DNA of 62,840 nucleotides, taken from positions 1 through 62,840 of the forward strand of contig CALJLA010000023.1 of NCBI GenBank assembly GCA_937983055.1, written 5' to 3'. Shown piece after piece: positions 59,529 through 62,840 of this stretch. Every line of letters starts with the position of its first letter. Within the stretch, counting starts at the first letter, position 1. The position numbers were made by a program, and so were the translations under genes. Below the pieces are notes generated by a model that saw only the letters and a program-made list of their open reading frames with translations, was not told where the DNA came from and ran no database searches. Source of the stretch: an uncultured Pseudomonadota bacterium (GTDB lineage Bacteria > Pseudomonadota > Gammaproteobacteria > Burkholderiales > Eutrophovitaceae).

Positions 59529-60499
59529 TGGCGAGAGCTTACACAGCTAATGAGTTGGTCTCGATGGCGCGAGATGAAGCGCGCATTCCGAACACTGGCT
59601 CGACCGGGAGCCAGGACGCCGACATCCTGAATCGCATCAACGAGTATTTGTCATCGACGCTTCTTGGACTCGTAATGGAAGCCAAGGAGGAGTACTTCGT
59701 TCGGACGACGAGAACGACCCTTTCAAGTGGAACGGGTCGCTACCGCCTTCCCGCTCGAGCGATGTACCAAAAGCTGAGGGATCTTCGCTATGTAGAGAAT
59801 AGCGGGTCAAGCTTCTTTCCGATTCCCCACATCGTCATTGGGACGATCGACGAGCACTTCCACACCGGGGACTCTTCCTCGTCCCCCTACGGCTATTACT
59901 TGGAGGGAAACGATGTCGTTCTTCTTCCAGAGGCTGCGAACGGCCTCTCGGGCTTCCTCGACATGGCCTTCTATTTTCAGCCGGGCGATTTGGTTCTTGT
60001 GGAGAATGCTCGTCTGGTTCAAAGCGTTGCGAGCAACGTCGTCACGCTGACCGCTGACGCTCCGTCCACATGGACGGCGTCGAGCACTTTCGACATGCAC
60101 AGCCCAAACTCCGGGGCTGAGATCAAGGCCTGGGACCGATCCGTCACCTCGGTATCTGGCGCTGCCGTAACTTTTACGAGTGCTGTTGATGGGTCGGTAG
60201 CGGGTGAATCTGCGGTAGCGGCAGGGGACTATGTCTGCCTTGCCGGCGAGTCCGCGCTTCCAGGGGTCCCTCGCGAGCTCCATCCAGCTCTTGGCCTTGC
60301 TGGGGCGATTGCGATGCTCGACGAAGAGGGGGACTTCGAGGCCGTTGCCTCCAAATCACGTCGACTCGATCGCCTTCTTCACGGAACTCCCGATGGCAAG
60401 AATGATGGCGCGCTTGGGCGTCTTCGCCACCGAGTGGAGGCTAAGCCCAAATTCGTTTCCGGTGGCGCGTTCATCAGCGCTCAGGGGAGGGCTTGGTAA
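59528..60499 (+). CDS. Head-tail adaptor protein (putative)
   Basis: TANELVSMAR...ILNRINE, GTGRYRLP, P.ELH..L; directly before the nozzle gene. Confidence 0.7.
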   Translation: MARAYTANELVSMARDEARIPNTGSTGSQDADILNRINEYLSSTLLGLVMEAKEEYFVRTTRTTLSSGTGRYRLPARAMYQKLRDLRYVENSGSSFFPIPHIVIGTIDEHFHTGDSSSSPYGYYLEGNDVVLLPEAANGLSGFLDMAFYFQPGDLVLVENARLVQSVASNVVTLTADAPSTWTASSTFDMHSPNSGAEIKAWDRSVTSVSGAAVTFTSAVDGSVAGESAVAAGDYVCLAGESALPGVPRELHPALGLAGAIAMLDEEGDFEAVASKSRRLDRLLHGTPDGKNDGALGRLRHRVEAKPKFVSGGAFISAQGRAW

Positions 60500-62840
60500 T
60501 GGGCAGGCGACCCCTTGCAGTTCAGCGAGCCATTCGAGGGTTGTACAGCAATTACAATCCTCTTGGCGGCGTTCCCGAGGGAGCGCTCTTGCGCGCGATG
60601 AATTGCAACATCGATCGCCCCGGAGTTCTGTCGAAGCGGCGTGGGTTCAAGAGAGTCGGTAACGAGCTTTCTCAAAGAGCTAAAAGCTTTCTCGACTTCA
60701 AGAACCGCCTCGTAGTTCACGATGGACAAAAGCTTCGCTACGACTCCACTGGCTCTGGTGATTGGGTCGACTGGGATGGCCTCTACCAGGCGCCTGACAG
60801 CTCGCATCGATTGAAAGGCGTGGAGGCTCGATCAAGCACTTACTTTGTCACCGCGAATGGCGTCTACAAGAACGACTCCCTGACGAACAATCCAAAGCTC
60901 GCTGGCATTCCCCAAGCGCTCGATATCTCCTTGTCGAAGGTCGGGTCAGGCGGAGGCTTCCTGACCCCGGATGCCCAGGTTAGCTATCGCGTTGTGTGGG
61001 GCCGTAAGGACGACAACGACTTTCTCGTTCTCGGCGCTCCGAGCTACCAGGAAGTTGCTACCAACGCGACGACATCGGTGACGATGAGTGCCAGCGGGTC
61101 AACGGTGACGGTTAGCCATCCGTCGCACGGCTATGCGACTCTCGACACGATCTCCATTTCTTCGGAAGACACAGCTTTCGAGCCCGGCAACAAGACGATC
61201 GCGCTGCTCAATTCGGACGAGTACACCTACACGCTTACGGTTCCGCACACGGGATCTGGATCCGGAACAGCGGGCAAGGCCTTTGACGTCGACCTGGAAT
61301 TCACGATCCCCGATGGAATCGTCGATGGCGACTTCTACCAGATCTACCGCACCGCACTCTCTGCCGACGCAACGACTTTCCCAGGAGACGAGCATCGCCT
61401 CGTGATCGAGAGAACGGTCTCATCTTCGGATCTCTCGAGCAAGACGATCAGCTTTAGCGACGACTCGGATTCGGACTTTTTGGGCGAGCGCCTTTACACG
61501 AACCCAAGCGAGGACGGAATTTCTCAGGAGAACCGCAGGCCGCCCTTTGCCAAAGACCTCGCTCTTTTCAAGGGGTACATGTTCTACGCGAACACTCGGC
61601 GTGAGCATGAGATCAAGGTCCAGCTTCGCAGCCTTAACGGTATTTCGAATGGCGACACAATTTCGATTCACCGCCCCGGCAGTTCGGTCACTTACACGTT
61701 CTCGTCTGCGGAAGATATCGAGAATCGTAAGTTTCTCCTCTCGACGTCGCAGCCGACGGCGTCGCAGAACATTTCGGAGACGATGAAGAGCCTTGTCCGG
61801 GTGATCAACAGAGAGACGGAGGATTCTGACCTCTACGCCTGGTATTGCTCTGGCAACGACGACGCTCCTGGCCAAGTTCTTTTGCGCGGAAGATCTCTTT
61901 CAAGCGATGGGTTCTACCTTCTCGCAAGCAGCTCAACGGTCGGCGGAAAGTTCAACCCAGAGATACCGACCTCTGGAGATCGCGTATCCAGCTCAGATGA
62001 AAGCGTTCCAAATGGCTTAGCTCGGTCTAAGTTCGAGCAGCCGGAGGCAGTGCCCAACGAGGAGCCCGTTGGGTCCGAGGAATCGCCGACGCTCAGGATC
62101 CTACCTCTTCGAGATTCGCTCATCATCTTGAAGGAGGAAGGGGTGTGGCGTCTTAGCGGCGAGAGTGAGACGAGCTTCGTCACTAAGGAGCTTGACCCGA
62201 CAGTTCGGTTGAAGGCCCCCGATACAGCGGTGGTTCTCAACAACGCGGTTTATTGCGCCTCAACGCAGGGCGTTGTGAGGATCGATGAGCAGGGGACGGC
62301 TCTGGTTAGCTGGCCCGAAGAGAACGAACTGAAGAAGGTCATTTCACTGGGGACCTTTGCCGAGAAGAGCTTCGCCGTCGCCTACGAGAGCGAGCGAAAG
62401 TACATCCTCTTTACCCCCGAAGATGGATCGGACAAGAACTCCTGCCTTGGCTGGATCTACAACTATGTCACCAAGGAGTGGACTCAATGGTCAAAGCCGG
62501 TCTCGTGTGGAGCCGTTCTTTTCGACAGCGATGTCCTGCACATGGGGCATGCCGATGACAAGTACGTTTTGAAAGAGCGGAAAACGTTGACCGCTACGGG
62601 CAGCAGCGACTACGTCGATGAAGACATCCCTTGCTCGATCACATCTCACACTACGACGACCGACGCCGAGGGAGATACCGTGACCATGGTCACGGTTACC
62701 TACGACTATCCAGCTCGACCGATCCAGCCAGGGTTCCTCTTCACCTATGGGAACGAAGAGGCCACAGTTACTGCTGTAACAACCACTGGCTTGAACAGCT
62801 TCACGCTTACCCTCAATGAGCAGATATCGATGCCTGTTCT
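60499..62840 (+). CDS. Tail nozzle/stabilisation-like protein, 5' part (continues at the window start; about 943 aa in total)
   Basis: ATG overlaps the adaptor stop. P.GALLRA.N..IDRPGVLSKRRG start and beta-propeller-like segments (LIILKEEGVWRL); same frame as ORF 99-638. Confidence 0.8.
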   Translation, partial: MGRRPLAVQRAIRGLYSNYNPLGGVPEGALLRAMNCNIDRPGVLSKRRGFKRVGNELSQRAKSFLDFKNRLVVHDGQKLRYDSTGSGDWVDWDGLYQAPDSSHRLKGVEARSSTYFVTANGVYKNDSLTNNPKLAGIPQALDISLSKVGSGGGFLTPDAQVSYRVVWGRKDDNDFLVLGAPSYQEVATNATTSVTMSASGSTVTVSHPSHGYATLDTISISSEDTAFEPGNKTIALLNSDEYTYTLTVPHTGSGSGTAGKAFDVDLEFTIPDGIVDGDFYQIYRTALSADATTFPGDEHRLVIERTVSSSDLSSKTISFSDDSDSDFLGERLYTNPSEDGISQENRRPPFAKDLALFKGYMFYANTRREHEIKVQLRSLNGISNGDTISIHRPGSSVTYTFSSAEDIENRKFLLSTSQPTASQNISETMKSLVRVINRETEDSDLYAWYCSGNDDAPGQVLLRGRSLSSDGFYLLASSSTVGGKFNPEIPTSGDRVSSSDESVPNGLARSKFEQPEAVPNEEPVGSEESPTLRILPLRDSLIILKEEGVWRLSGESETSFVTKELDPTVRLKAPDTAVVLNNAVYCASTQGVVRIDEQGTALVSWPEENELKKVISLGTFAEKSFAVAYESERKYILFTPEDGSDKNSCLGWIYNYVTKEWTQWSKPVSCGAVLFDSDVLHMGHADDKYVLKERKTLTATGSSDYVDEDIPCSITSHTTTTDAEGDTVTMVTVTYDYPARPIQPGFLFTYGNEEATVTAVTTTGLNSFTLTLNEQISMPV
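62693..62840 (+). repeat. Terminal overlap, right copy (matches 1-148)
   Basis: See 1-148. Confidence 0.9.

Overview
The window appears to be a near-complete, circularly permuted temperate podovirus-like phage genome of about 62.7 kb. The last 148 bp overlap the first 148 bp, and the tail gene at 60499 reads through the junction into 1..638. Layout: ejection/internal virion genes (635-7880, +); a leftward block of small genes with DUF1064, MT-A70, DUF3310, ThyX, a dockerin-like secreted protein and a Rad52/Sak protein (7986-19538, -); a rightward block (19627-26814, +); a tyrosine integrase and a second leftward block (26992-33052, -); accessory genes with tRNA-Pro; then TerS, TerL, portal, scaffold, capsid, a lipase, beta-helix proteins, tailspike, adaptor and nozzle. 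I see no DNA polymerase, helicase or endolysin. Protein signatures suggest a Planctomycetota host (inference). Three features stand out. (1) A stand-alone Cas7/RAMP-like gene and a partner gene sit between two ~400-bp non-coding arrays of about 145 CGA-NN pentamers punctuated by CGCTCAA, a candidate RNA-guided system with a non-contiguous dinucleotide code (22692-24555). (2) A ~380-nt RNA with two circularly permuted tRNA-like domains follows a conserved hypothetical gene (37403-38535). (3) A fixed-geometry motif, TCGAACGCGA-N7-TCGCAG-NN-GGAGG, recurs at about 12 gene junctions in 9.2-15.0 kb. All family calls are motif recognition by eye; no searches were run.
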